The translations under genes were made by a program, and so were the position numbers. Positions 38,630 through 48,803 of a stretch of 64,000 nucleotides of DNA are shown one piece after another. How positions within the stretch are numbered: the stretch's first letter is position 1; each line of letters starts with the position of its first letter. A model generated the notes under the pieces. That model saw nothing but the letters and a program-made list of their open reading frames with translations. It was not told where the DNA came from and did not search any database. The stretch is from Collinsella sp. (GTDB lineage: Bacteria; Actinomycetota; Coriobacteriia; Coriobacteriales; Coriobacteriaceae), in contig DBFBEA010000094.1 in NCBI GenBank assembly GCA_048248475.1, forward strand, positions 12,471 through 76,470, written 5' to 3'.

Positions 38630-39160
38630 ATGTCTTATTTGGATCTGGCTCGGGGTCGGTATTCTTGTCGTGAGTTTGAGGATCGTTCTGTTGAGCAGGC
38701 TGTGGTGGATGCCATTGTTGAGGCTGGGCGTATTGCTCCTTCTGCTTGTAATAATCATCCAACCCGTGTGATGGTGTTGGATACGCCTGAGCTTCTGGAG
38801 AAGGCTGCTGCTTGTCAGCCCCGGTTTGCTCGTGATGGGTCTATCTTTGGGGCTCCGCTTGTCTTCCTTATTTGCAGCGTTACCGGTGATGCTTGGGTGC
38901 GCCCGTATGACCAGATGAATTCTAGTGAAATCGATACGTCCATCGTGTGTGATCAGATGATGATGGAGGCCACCGAGCAGGGCCTGGGAACGTGCTGGGT
39001 ATGCCATTTTAAGCCCGAGGTGGCACAGGAGCAGTTCAACCTGCCCGAGGGCGTCTATCCCTATCACATGCTCGTCTGTGGCTATCCTGCCGACCACATC
39101 GCCGATCCCGAGCATCGCGAGGCCCGCACCATTCCCCTCCCCGACTTCCTCCTCAAGTAG
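38630..39160 (+). CDS. Nitroreductase family protein
   Basis: Motifs RYSCREF, GRIAPSACN and EQGLGTCWV. RBS GGAGG upstream. Confidence 0.9.
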   Translation: MSYLDLARGRYSCREFEDRSVEQAVVDAIVEAGRIAPSACNNHPTRVMVLDTPELLEKAAACQPRFARDGSIFGAPLVFLICSVTGDAWVRPYDQMNSSEIDTSIVCDQMMMEATEQGLGTCWVCHFKPEVAQEQFNLPEGVYPYHMLVCGYPADHIADPEHREARTIPLPDFLLK

Positions 39161-39269
39161 GTTTTGGGACATGCCTTAAAACCTACCCTCGGCCGCTCAC
39201 CCGTTCGCCGAGTTCTGCGCCATTATGTGCAGGACTCGGTTTTTTATGTTACGCACCCCGCACAGTCAT

Positions 39270-39299
39270 AAAAAAGGGCCCGCAAGTTGCGGGTCCTTT
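39270..39299 (-). terminator. Intrinsic terminator after divIVA
   Basis: AAGGACCCGCAACTTGCGGGCCCTTTTT on the minus strand. Confidence 0.75.
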
Positions 39300-39325
39300 C
39301 TAGGCACTAAATTGTAGGCCGAATG

Positions 39326-40000
39326 TTAGTCCAGGTCGTCGGCAGCGAAGTTGTCGATCGGGGCGAAGGGATCGGCCACGGGGACAACCGGGTCAGCGAC
39401 GGGCAGCGGCTCGGCGGGAACAGTCACCGCAGGAGAAGCGGCAGAACCGACCGGCGTAGAGGCCATCAGATCGGCCGGGAAGGAGTTCTGGGCATCGTCC
39501 ATAAAGTGCTGGATGAGCTTGAGATACTCGGCCTTGAACTCCTCACGGGAAGCCTTGAGACGATCGATCTCCTCGAGCTCGGCCTGCTTCTCGGTCAGAG
39601 CCTGGCGGATAACCTCGCGTGCCTTGGCGTCAGCCTCGTTGCGGATACGCTCAGCGTTCTCATTGGCATCGTTGACGATGGTCTCAGCGGTCTGCTGGGC
39701 AGCGATCAGGGCAGCGGAAATCTGGCGCTCCTGAGCGGAGAAGTCAGGGGCGGGAGCAGCCACGGGGGCGGCAGGAACGGCCTGGGCGGAGGCATCCTGA
39801 GCCTGGGCAAGCTGAGCCTGCGCATCGGCAAGCTGCTGCTCGGTAGCAGTCAGACGACCCTTAAGGTCGACGATCTTAGCGAGCATAGCGTCAACCTCGG
39901 AGGACAGCGTCTCCAAGAAGACGTCGACCTCAGCAGGATCGTAGCCACGCTTGGCCTCAGAGAAAGTCTGAGCCTGGATGTCTGCAGGGGTAATAGCCAT
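39326..40000 (-). CDS. divIVA: DivIVA/Wag31 cell division protein
   Basis: ITPADI..F..RGYDPAEVDVFL followed by a coiled coil. Last gene of the ylm cluster. Confidence 0.92.
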   Translation of the reverse strand: MAITPADIQAQTFSEAKRGYDPAEVDVFLETLSSEVDAMLAKIVDLKGRLTATEQQLADAQAQLAQAQDASAQAVPAAPVAAPAPDFSAQERQISAALIAAQQTAETIVNDANENAERIRNEADAKAREVIRQALTEKQAELEEIDRLKASREEFKAEYLKLIQHFMDDAQNSFPADLMASTPVGSAASPAVTVPAEPLPVADPVVPVADPFAPIDNFAADDLD

Positions 40001-40061
40001 AACAAGTCTCCTTTTTCATCGCCTCGGCGCTACACGCCCGACGTAAGTTACTAAGTCAGTT

Positions 40062-40343
40062 CTACACGAGTATACCTATAAGAAGCTGCAGAACCAGCCT
40101 CTGCACCAACTGCAACGCAATAATCGCAACGACCGGCGAAAAATCGATACCACCCATCGGCGGGATGAAGCGACGGAACAGGTTGAGCCACGGACCGCAC
40201 ACGCTATCAAGCACCGCGGCAATATCCTGAAGCAAACCACCCTGCTTCATGGGAATCCACGTCATAAAGCAGTAGACGACAATGAGCGTGGAGTAGAAGT
40301 TGAACAGCGTGTTGACCAGCTGGACGATAGTGTGGATGTTGAT
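40062..40343 (-). CDS. yggT: YggT (YlmG) family membrane protein, probable non-canonical start
   Basis: RRFIPPMGGIDFSP motif. The frame stays open upstream of the tracked ATG, through a TM helix, to RBS GAGGAG followed by ATC at 40343. Confidence 0.8.
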   Translation of the reverse strand: MNIHTIVQLVNTLFNFYSTLIVVYCFMTWIPMKQGGLLQDIAAVLDSVCGPWLNLFRRFIPPMGGIDFSPVVAIIALQLVQRLVLQLLIGILV

Positions 40344-40364
40344 GGGAATCTCCTCGTCTTGTCT

Positions 40365-41087
40365 TTACTTAAGGTAGCCGTCCGCACGAAGCTTCTTGAG
40401 ATCGGAATCTTTGACCTCGCAACCGGCGGGCAGCACCATGAACACGCGGTCGCCCACCTCCTTGACCGTAGCACCCAGACCGCAGGCAAAGCCGTAAGAG
40501 AAGTCCAAGACGCGCTTGGCAACTTCGGTGCGCACGCCCACAAAAATCAGTGCGACAGGCTGCTTGGTGCGAACGCGGCGCACCACGGTCTCCACGTCGT
40601 CATAGCTCTCGGGGCGCAGGACATAGGCCGGCAGCTGCGGTGTGGCGTTGATGATATTGCTCGCATAGGCCGAGGCATCGCTCGGTGCAGGCGCGGGCGC
40701 AGCGGCGGCACGGGCGCGGGTGTTCTCGGCGTAGCTCGACGGCGTGTCATAGGCACCAGGACGATAACCGCTCGCAACACTGTCCTGCGAGCGCGAAGGC
40801 GGGTTATACGTCGTGGCGTGGCGGGAGTCATCGCCGACCAGCTGACCGGAGCGCGTATACACGGCAACCGACTCAGCTTCACCACGGCGCGTCTGACCAA
40901 GCAGGCCGTTGCTCGGCTCGTCTTGGGTGTAGAAGCCCTCGCCCGAAGCACCGCTGTAGCCGTTGTTCTGATAGCCATCGTCGTAGCCGTCATCGTAGCC
41001 GTAGTCGTCGTCCTGGCCATAACCCTGGTCGTAACCCTGCTGGCCGCCCAGGTGCATCTTATTTTTAATCTCGTCAAGGAAGCCCAT
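40365..41087 (-). CDS. sepF: Cell division protein SepF
   Basis: C-terminal PESYDDV..AKRVLDFSYG..VFMVLP. Position between yggS and yggT. Confidence 0.88.
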   Translation of the reverse strand: MGFLDEIKNKMHLGGQQGYDQGYGQDDDYGYDDGYDDGYQNNGYSGASGEGFYTQDEPSNGLLGQTRRGEAESVAVYTRSGQLVGDDSRHATTYNPPSRSQDSVASGYRPGAYDTPSSYAENTRARAAAAPAPAPSDASAYASNIINATPQLPAYVLRPESYDDVETVVRRVRTKQPVALIFVGVRTEVAKRVLDFSYGFACGLGATVKEVGDRVFMVLPAGCEVKDSDLKKLRADGYLK

Positions 41088-41147
41088 GGTTGTGTCCTCT
41101 CGCGGTTTAGTGCAGGCGCCCCGATAATCAGTGCGCACTTCAGAGCC

Positions 41148-41885
41148 TTATTTTACTGCAAACTCCGGGCTAAATACTACCCTGCCCAGGCGAACGAGCG
41201 TAGAGCCCTCCTCAAGGGCAGGCTCAAAGTCCTCGCTCATGCCGCAGGAAAGCTCAGGCAGGTTCAAATCGGGATGCGCCGCCTCCAGCTCATCCCTCAG
41301 CTCACGAAGCCCCGCAAAGGTGCGGCGTGCCACATCCTTATTCCCCCGGGGCGCCATAGTCATAAGCCCCTGTACGCAAATTCCCTCAAGTTCCGCAAGC
41401 TCACCTGCGGCGGCGCGAATCTCATCGGGCGAAAAGCCTCCCTTCGACTCCTCACCACTCACATTGACCTCAATGAGCACACGCTGGGAGCCGGCGAGCT
41501 CGCCTGCCTCAATCTTGCGGACAGCACGGCTCGAGATCGCCTGCGCCAGATGCAGCGAACCCACCGAGTGAATCAGCTCAGCTGAGCCCAGCACCGCATT
41601 GATCTTATTGGTCTGCAGGTTGCCGATCATATCGAAGCGCACCTCGGGCAGCTCCGGATGCTCCACCAGACCCGTGAGCTTGCGAACCAGTTCCTGCGGG
41701 CGGTTCTCGGCAAAATGGCGATACCCCGCCTGGATGGCGGCAACGGTCTCATCGACACCAACGGTCTTGGACACGGCAATGAGGCGCGCGGCGTCGTGGG
41801 GACGGCCCGCGCGATCGAGCGCCGCATAAAAACGTTCCAAAATCTGCTCACGGCGAGCGCGCATCAAGTCCAAATAGTTATCCAT
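41148..41885 (-). CDS. yggS: YggS/PROSC PLP-homeostasis protein
   Basis: Motifs LIAVSKT, IGNLQTNK, GLMTM and GMSEDF. Confidence 0.92.
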   Translation of the reverse strand: MDNYLDLMRARREQILERFYAALDRAGRPHDAARLIAVSKTVGVDETVAAIQAGYRHFAENRPQELVRKLTGLVEHPELPEVRFDMIGNLQTNKINAVLGSAELIHSVGSLHLAQAISSRAVRKIEAGELAGSQRVLIEVNVSGEESKGGFSPDEIRAAAGELAELEGICVQGLMTMAPRGNKDVARRTFAGLRELRDELEAAHPDLNLPELSCGMSEDFEPALEEGSTLVRLGRVVFSPEFAVK

Positions 41886-42004
41886 TGCCAATCGCCTCCG
41901 TTGACAGCCAAACAAGTAGTCCCATGCTAACGCAAGAGCGCGGCCCCGCATGTGCAAGGCCGCGCTCACTTAGGTATTTACAATCTTTCGACGAACGGGG
42001 TTAC

Positions 42005-42862
42005 TTACTCCTCGTCGTCCTCGCCATCGTCCTCGTCCTCAAGATGATCGAGCAGGTAGCGAAGACCCTCGCTGACCTCGTTAACGGGCACCTTGGCAAC
42101 GTAGCGCGCGTCGACGGCGGGCCTCATGATGACGCCCTCGCCCGAAGGAACGCGCATGCTCTCGAGCTCATCCTCATCAGTGCGGGCGATATCGCCGGCA
42201 TTCATGCGCTGACCAGTCAACAGGAAGGTCAGACGGCAAGCGGCATCGATGGAAATCGAAGCGATGCGATCGAGGTAGCGCGAAACCATGATGGCGCGGC
42301 GCAGATCGTCATAGTTGCTGTCGTCATCCATAAACTCGCCCGCGTCCATGCGGTTGAAGGTACGGAAGAACTTCTCGTACGCCGCATGCACCGGCTCGTC
42401 CTCGACGGCCAGGTTGCAGATGATGGACATGTCGTTGGTGACGAGCGCAGAAAGCGACGAGCCCAGCACCTGGTAGACAGCTTCGGCCTCGGCCTCGACC
42501 GTGCCGACAAGCTCCTTGGGCAGCGAGATGTCGGCCTTGACCATGTGACGCGTGGCGCGGCAGATCTGGCGAACCTTATCGGTCATGCGCTGCAGGTTAA
42601 AGTCGACGTAGATGATCGTCTGCAGCAAGCGGAAGTCGGAGGCGACCGGCGACTGCGTGGCGATCAGGTTGTAGCACACGGCCTCCAAGTTAGCGCAGCG
42701 CGCGTCAATCGAAAGCGTGCGCTTCTTGGTCTTGGTGGCGAGCTTGCGGTCGTCGGTCACATAGGCCTTCACGGCATCGTGGAGGGCCAGATCGACGGCC
42801 TCATAGATGCTCAGCATCTCGTGGCGGGCCTCGATGAGCTGACGGGAAAACAGTTTGCGCAT
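42005..42862 (-). CDS. phoU: Phosphate signalling protein PhoU
   Basis: Motifs QSPVASDFR and YLDRIA. Follows pstB. Confidence 0.85.
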   Translation of the reverse strand: MRKLFSRQLIEARHEMLSIYEAVDLALHDAVKAYVTDDRKLATKTKKRTLSIDARCANLEAVCYNLIATQSPVASDFRLLQTIIYVDFNLQRMTDKVRQICRATRHMVKADISLPKELVGTVEAEAEAVYQVLGSSLSALVTNDMSIICNLAVEDEPVHAAYEKFFRTFNRMDAGEFMDDDSNYDDLRRAIMVSRYLDRIASISIDAACRLTFLLTGQRMNAGDIARTDEDELESMRVPSGEGVIMRPAVDARYVAKVPVNEVSEGLRYLLDHLEDEDDGEDDEE

Positions 42863-42954
42863 GGTTCACTCCAATCAGTTGGGTGCGGTCATGCCGCCCG
42901 CACAGTGAATACGCACCGGACCAGGTCCGATCGGCTTGGGACTAGGCGCACCAA

Positions 42955-43758
<804 letters not shown>

Positions 43759-43770
43759 GGGACTCCTTAA

Positions 43771-44676
43771 CTAGCGACGCTTGCGCGACAGGAAGCGCGC
43801 AAACAGGTTGAAGGCCAGAATGATCACCATCAGCAAGAGCGCGGTGCCGTAGGCTGCGTTCATGTTGATGCCGTCGTTGGCAAGCAGATACAGGTGAACC
43901 GTCATGGGGCGGCCGGAATCGAGCGGCGAAATAGGTAGATTGATGGCCTGCCCCATGGTATAGAGCACCACCGCGGTCTCGCCAATGGCACGGCCGATGG
44001 CGAGAACGATGCCCGTGGCAATACGGCCAAAGGCAGAAGGAAGCACGATCTTGGAGACAACCTGCCACTTGGTGGCGCCCAAGCCATATGCGCCCCAGCG
44101 GATATAGCGCGGAACGGCGCGAATGGCCTCTTCGGTGGTACGCATGACGATGGGAAGCATCAAGAGCGCGAGTGCCAGGGCGGCCGAGACCATCGAAAGG
44201 CCCAGGCCCATGGCCTCGACAAACAAGGCGTAGCCAAACAGGCCCATAACGATGGAGGGCACCGAGGCCAAAGCGTCAGCAGCGTAGCGAATGAGCTCGA
44301 CGACCTTGCCCTGCTTGGCGTACTCGGCCAGATAGACGGCTGCCAGCACAGCGATCGGCGTGCAGATAAGCATGGCGAGCGCCGTCACGTAGACGGTCGA
44401 GACGATCGTGGGCCAAATTCCGCCCTCGGCGTTGACGCCCTGGGGCCAACCGAAGATAAAGTCGAGCGAGATGTGTGGCAGGCCGTTGATGACCACGTAG
44501 GCGATGATAGCGACCAGCACCAGCGTGGTGATGTAGGCAGCGGCACGAAACACGCCAAGCATGATCTTGTTGGACAGGTCCTTGTTGATGCGGCCCTTCT
44601 TGCCGTGGGAAAGGGCACGCTTGATGCGCTCGCGCGACGAGGTCGTATCGACCGTCGTGTCAACGGAATCGGACAT
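43771..44676 (-). CDS. pstA: Phosphate ABC permease PstA
   Basis: Motifs VYLAEYA, VPSIVMGLFG and GRAIGETA. Confidence 0.93.
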   Translation of the reverse strand: MSDSVDTTVDTTSSRERIKRALSHGKKGRINKDLSNKIMLGVFRAAAYITTLVLVAIIAYVVINGLPHISLDFIFGWPQGVNAEGGIWPTIVSTVYVTALAMLICTPIAVLAAVYLAEYAKQGKVVELIRYAADALASVPSIVMGLFGYALFVEAMGLGLSMVSAALALALLMLPIVMRTTEEAIRAVPRYIRWGAYGLGATKWQVVSKIVLPSAFGRIATGIVLAIGRAIGETAVVLYTMGQAINLPISPLDSGRPMTVHLYLLANDGINMNAAYGTALLLMVIILAFNLFARFLSRKRR

Positions 44677-44679
44677 AGC

Positions 44680-45606
44680 CTACCCCCTCTTCTTCTTGGA
44701 AATCAGACGGACGATGCCCACCAGCGTGGCGGAGATGATAAACAGGACCACGCCCATGCCGAACAGCGCCGAGCGATGCAGACCCGAGGAATAGCTCATG
44801 TCGAGCGCGATCTGGCTCGTGAGCGTCGAGATAGGGCTCGCAATGCTGTCGGGAATAACCGGGGCGTTACCCACGACCATGAGCACGGCCATGGTCTCTC
44901 CGATGGCACGGCCCATACCCAGCACGATGGCATCCACGATACCCAGCTTAGCGGCAGGTAGCACGACCTTATAGATGGTCTGCCACTTAGTAGCACCCAT
45001 GGCATACGATGCCTCGCGAATGCCCATGGGAATGGAATTGAGGGCATCGATGGTGAGCGTGGTGATGGTAGGGACGATCATGATGGCGAGCACAAACCAC
45101 GCCGTCAGCGCACCAAAACCAAGGCCGCCGGTCAGTTGTGCGATAAACGGGCGGATGATGATCATGCCGAAAAAGCCGTAGATGATAGAAGGGATGCCGG
45201 CCAGCAGGTCGACGGCAGGGCTGATGAGCTTGCGCACGCGCTTGCCGGCGATCTCGACCAGGTACACGGCCGTGCCCACACCTAGCGGCACGCCCATGGC
45301 GAGCGCACCGACGGTCACCAGACCTGAGCCGGCAAGCAGCGACATGATGCCGTAGTGGCCCTCAGAGGGCGCCCACGTAAAGCTAAAGAAGTCCGCCAGA
45401 CCGATGTCGGTAAAGACGGGCAGCGCCGAGTACGTGGTAAAGACAAAAATCAGGATGACGGTAACGACCGCCAAAAACGCGCAGGCAAAGAAGATCCACT
45501 GCAGCGCCTTCTCCTTGATATAGGTACTGCGCGATACGAGCGCCAGCTCGCGCTTCTTGGGTGCCTGAGCATTCTGCTCAGTCTGGGAGTTTTCCTGTGC
45601 TTCCAT
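44680..45606 (-). CDS. pstC: Phosphate ABC permease PstC
   Basis: Motifs LAGIPSIIYG and GRAIGETMAVLMVVGN. Confidence 0.93.
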   Translation of the reverse strand: MEAQENSQTEQNAQAPKKRELALVSRSTYIKEKALQWIFFACAFLAVVTVILIFVFTTYSALPVFTDIGLADFFSFTWAPSEGHYGIMSLLAGSGLVTVGALAMGVPLGVGTAVYLVEIAGKRVRKLISPAVDLLAGIPSIIYGFFGMIIIRPFIAQLTGGLGFGALTAWFVLAIMIVPTITTLTIDALNSIPMGIREASYAMGATKWQTIYKVVLPAAKLGIVDAIVLGMGRAIGETMAVLMVVGNAPVIPDSIASPISTLTSQIALDMSYSSGLHRSALFGMGVVLFIISATLVGIVRLISKKKRG

Positions 45607-45607
45607 G

Positions 45608-46444
45608 CTACTCACTCCCCTTCTCGTCGTTGGTGACGGGAATAAAGCCCGCCTCGCGAATCTGCTTGTCCATCTTTTCGGACGTCACGTAGTCGATGTA
45701 ATCCTGCGCCTGCTGCGAAGGCGCACCCTTCACAAAGAAGTAAAGGTCGCGCGAGATGGGATAGCCGCCACTCGCGACCGTCTTCTCGGACGCCTCAACA
45801 TGATTGACCGAGACAGCCTTGACCGAGGTCTTGGCGTTGAGGCTATCGACGAAGCCCAGCGAAATGTAGCCGATGGCCCCACGCGAACGAGATACCACGT
45901 CGCGCACCTGGCCCGTACCCGAAAGAACAGCCGAGCGGCGATCGAACGGCGTGCCATCCATCACGATGGTACGGAAGGCCTCGCGCGTACCGGACGCCTC
46001 GTCTCGGTTGATGACCTGAATCCTCAGGTCCTCGCCACCGACCTCTTTCCAATTGGTAATCTTGCCGGCGTAGATATCGCGGAGCTGCTCGGTCGAGAGG
46101 TTATCGACGGGGTTGTCGTCGTTCACGATGACCGCAATACCGTCGTGGGCAATGACGATGGGAGTCAGGCCCAGATCCTGTTCGTCGGCATTGAGTCCAC
46201 GGGAGGAGCTGGCGATATCGGCCGTGCCGGCGCTGACGGCCTCGATCCCAGCGGAAGAACCCAAACCGGAAACGAGCACGTCGATGCCGGTCTCCTCCTT
46301 AAAGCCCTCGGCCGCAATCTCAGCGATAGGAAGGCAGGTCGTGGAGCCGGCAACGGTAATGGAAGAGGTAGAAGATCCCGAAGAACAGGCGCACAGCGTA
46401 AGCGTAAGCACAGCGGCGCTCAGGACCGATACGATCTTTCTCAT
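45608..46444 (-). CDS. pstS: Phosphate ABC substrate-binding lipoprotein
   Basis: Lipobox LCAC, plus AGSTT, GSSAGI, RDEASGTR and YPISR. Confidence 0.93.
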   Translation of the reverse strand: MRKIVSVLSAAVLTLTLCACSSGSSTSSITVAGSTTCLPIAEIAAEGFKEETGIDVLVSGLGSSAGIEAVSAGTADIASSSRGLNADEQDLGLTPIVIAHDGIAVIVNDDNPVDNLSTEQLRDIYAGKITNWKEVGGEDLRIQVINRDEASGTREAFRTIVMDGTPFDRRSAVLSGTGQVRDVVSRSRGAIGYISLGFVDSLNAKTSVKAVSVNHVEASEKTVASGGYPISRDLYFFVKGAPSQQAQDYIDYVTSEKMDKQIREAGFIPVTNDEKGSE

Positions 46445-47241
46445 AGCATCACGCCGATCGCAGCATGGCGCCCACAGGTGCCGTCCTCGTTACGGTAGGA
46501 ATAAAAGCGGTCGTTCTGACGCACGGTCGAAAGCTGGGTATCCACGATATTATCCGCGTCGACACCGACATCTACCAGCGCCTCGCGAATGGCAGCGGAA
46601 AGATCAAGCATGCGAGAGGTATTCGCATCGATGCAAGAGAACTCGGCGGCAAAGCGATCCATGAGTTCCTGGGATACCTCATATTCGTCACCCAAGATAT
46701 GGGGGCCGATATAGGCGGAAACGTCGCTCGCATCGCAGCCGGCAGCATCGCAAAGCGCCTGGCACGCCTTGGCAGAAATACGTGCAATCGTGCCCTTCCA
46801 ACCGGAGTGCACCACGGCAAATCCGCCAGGGGCCACCAGCACCACGGGAACGCAGTCGGCAAAGCAGAGCAGCACGGGCACGTTATGCGCCGTACAGACG
46901 ATGGCATCGCAGCCCTCGGCAATCTGCTCGCGGACGTCCTCAAGGTCATCGGCGCCGTTCGAGGTCACCGCAACGATATGGTCACCATGGACCTGATTGG
47001 GAACGAGCAGGTTGTGCTCGCACTCGGCGGCACCCATAGCCTCGAGCGCGCGACGACGATTTTCTTGAACAGCAAAGGGGTCATCGCCAACATGCGAGCC
47101 CAAGTTGAGTGAGGAGTACGCATCTTCGGAAACGCCACCGGCACGCTCGGTGAAGGCAAAGCGAACATCGGATGTCGCGCCTTCCACCAACGTAACTCCA
47201 TCATGGTCGACACGCGAAACGTTGTCCGCACGTGCTGACAT
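46441..47241 (-). CDS. pgeF: PgeF/YfiH (YlmD) family purine nucleoside phosphorylase / peptidoglycan editing factor
   Basis: Motifs SLNLG, QVHG, ADCVPV, HSGWKG and FYSYR. Confidence 0.9.
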   Translation of the reverse strand: MSARADNVSRVDHDGVTLVEGATSDVRFAFTERAGGVSEDAYSSLNLGSHVGDDPFAVQENRRRALEAMGAAECEHNLLVPNQVHGDHIVAVTSNGADDLEDVREQIAEGCDAIVCTAHNVPVLLCFADCVPVVLVAPGGFAVVHSGWKGTIARISAKACQALCDAAGCDASDVSAYIGPHILGDEYEVSQELMDRFAAEFSCIDANTSRMLDLSAAIREALVDVGVDADNIVDTQLSTVRQNDRFYSYRNEDGTCGRHAAIGVML

Positions 47242-47394
47242 ACTAAAGCCTCCTAATAACACAAGTACGCGGCGTCGCCGCTACAGCCCGCGTTTATACG
47301 GCTGTCATACTTCTTTAAAGGATACCTGCTGCACTGGAGGCAATCGTAAAGGGAACGTAAGGAGATTGGAGGTTCTAGTTTACAAAGTCGAAAT

Positions 47395-47424
47395 AAAAAG
47401 GGCGCGTCCATACGGACACGCCCC
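47395..47424 (-). terminator. Intrinsic terminator after ftsZ
   Basis: GGGCGTGTCCGTATGGACGCGCCCTTTTT on the minus strand. Confidence 0.75.
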
Positions 47425-47449
47425 TGTGCACAACAATGCAAAGAATGAC

Positions 47450-48604
47450 TTAGAAGCTGCCGCGCTTCAGGAAGTCGGGAAGCTCGAACTGATCGTTGCC
47501 GAAGTTAGGAAGCTCGGTGCCACCGACGTTGCGGGTCGGAGCGGCCTGAGCCGGGCTCGTGGCAGGAGCGGTGCGCTGCGGCTCAGCGGAGGCAGCGGCC
47601 TTGCTCTGAGACTGCTGAGCAGCAAAGAGCTCGTCCTGACGGTTGACGTTGGAGTCGGAGAAGCCCGTAGCGATGACGGTGATACGCACCTGATCGCCCA
47701 GGGACTCGTCGACAACGGTACCGAAGATGATGTTGGCCTCGGGGTCGACAGCGTTGGCGACAACGTCGGCGGCGTCGCTGATCTCCTGGATGCCCAGGTC
47801 CTTGGAACCGGCGATAGAGAGCAGCACGCGTGTGGCACCATCGATGGAGCTCTCGAGCAGCGGGCTGGAGATGGCCTGCTGGGCAGCGTCGACGGCACGG
47901 GTATCCCCAGAAGAGGTACCGATGCCCATCATGGCGGTACCGGCCTGCTTCATGATGGTCTTAACATCGGCGAAGTCCAGGTTGATGATACCGGGGACGG
48001 TGATGAGGTCGGTGATGCCCTGGGTGCCCTGGGAAAGGACGCCATCGGCAATCGCGAAGGCCTCGAGCATGGTGGTCTTCTTCTCGGCGATGTCGAGCAG
48101 CTTATCGTTAGGGATGACGATCATGGTGTCGACGCAATCGGAGAGGGTCTTAATGCCCTCCTCGGCGCTCTTCTTGCGCTTGCGGCCCTCGAAGGTGAAG
48201 GGCTTGGTCACGACGGCGACGGTCAGTGCGCCGACCTCGTTCATCGCGATATCGGCAACGATGGGAGCGGCGCCGGTACCGGTGCCACCGCCCTCGCCGC
48301 AGGTGATGAACACCATGTCGGCGCCAGCGAGCGCCTCGGCAATGTCGTCGCGGGACTCATCGGCAGCCTTGCGGCCAACCTCGGGGTTGGCGCCGGCGCC
48401 CAGGCCGCGGGTAAGGTCGGTGCCGATGTGCACCTTGATATCGGCATCAGAGATCGCGAGTGCCTGAGCATCGGTGTTGATGGCAACAAACTCGACGCCG
48501 CGGATGCCCTCTTCGATCATTCGATTGACCGCGTTGGTACCGCCGCCGCCGACGCCGACCACCTTAATGACGGCAAGGTAGTTGTTGATCTCTGTCTCGT
48601 GCAT
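47450..48604 (-). CDS. ftsZ: Cell division protein FtsZ
   Basis: Motifs [23 protein letters not shown] and C-terminal LPDFLK. Confidence 0.98.
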   Translation of the reverse strand: MHETEINNYLAVIKVVGVGGGGTNAVNRMIEEGIRGVEFVAINTDAQALAISDADIKVHIGTDLTRGLGAGANPEVGRKAADESRDDIAEALAGADMVFITCGEGGGTGTGAAPIVADIAMNEVGALTVAVVTKPFTFEGRKRKKSAEEGIKTLSDCVDTMIVIPNDKLLDIAEKKTTMLEAFAIADGVLSQGTQGITDLITVPGIINLDFADVKTIMKQAGTAMMGIGTSSGDTRAVDAAQQAISSPLLESSIDGATRVLLSIAGSKDLGIQEISDAADVVANAVDPEANIIFGTVVDESLGDQVRITVIATGFSDSNVNRQDELFAAQQSQSKAAASAEPQRTAPATSPAQAAPTRNVGGTELPNFGNDQFELPDFLKRGSF

Positions 48605-48803
48605 GTCGGTCCTCCGAACAAAGGTTATAGCCATAGCATGGGTCGACCCCTGCGCACATTAACCTTCAGGTTGAAAGTAAATGCAAAGGTAAACCGTATT
48701 ATGGTTGCACATTATGAACGTATCAGTCAAATAATTGACCGTGAAAACCAAACAAACCAGATAAACGGCGTGGTATGGCCCCTCAACAAAGCATCAACCA
48801 GCG

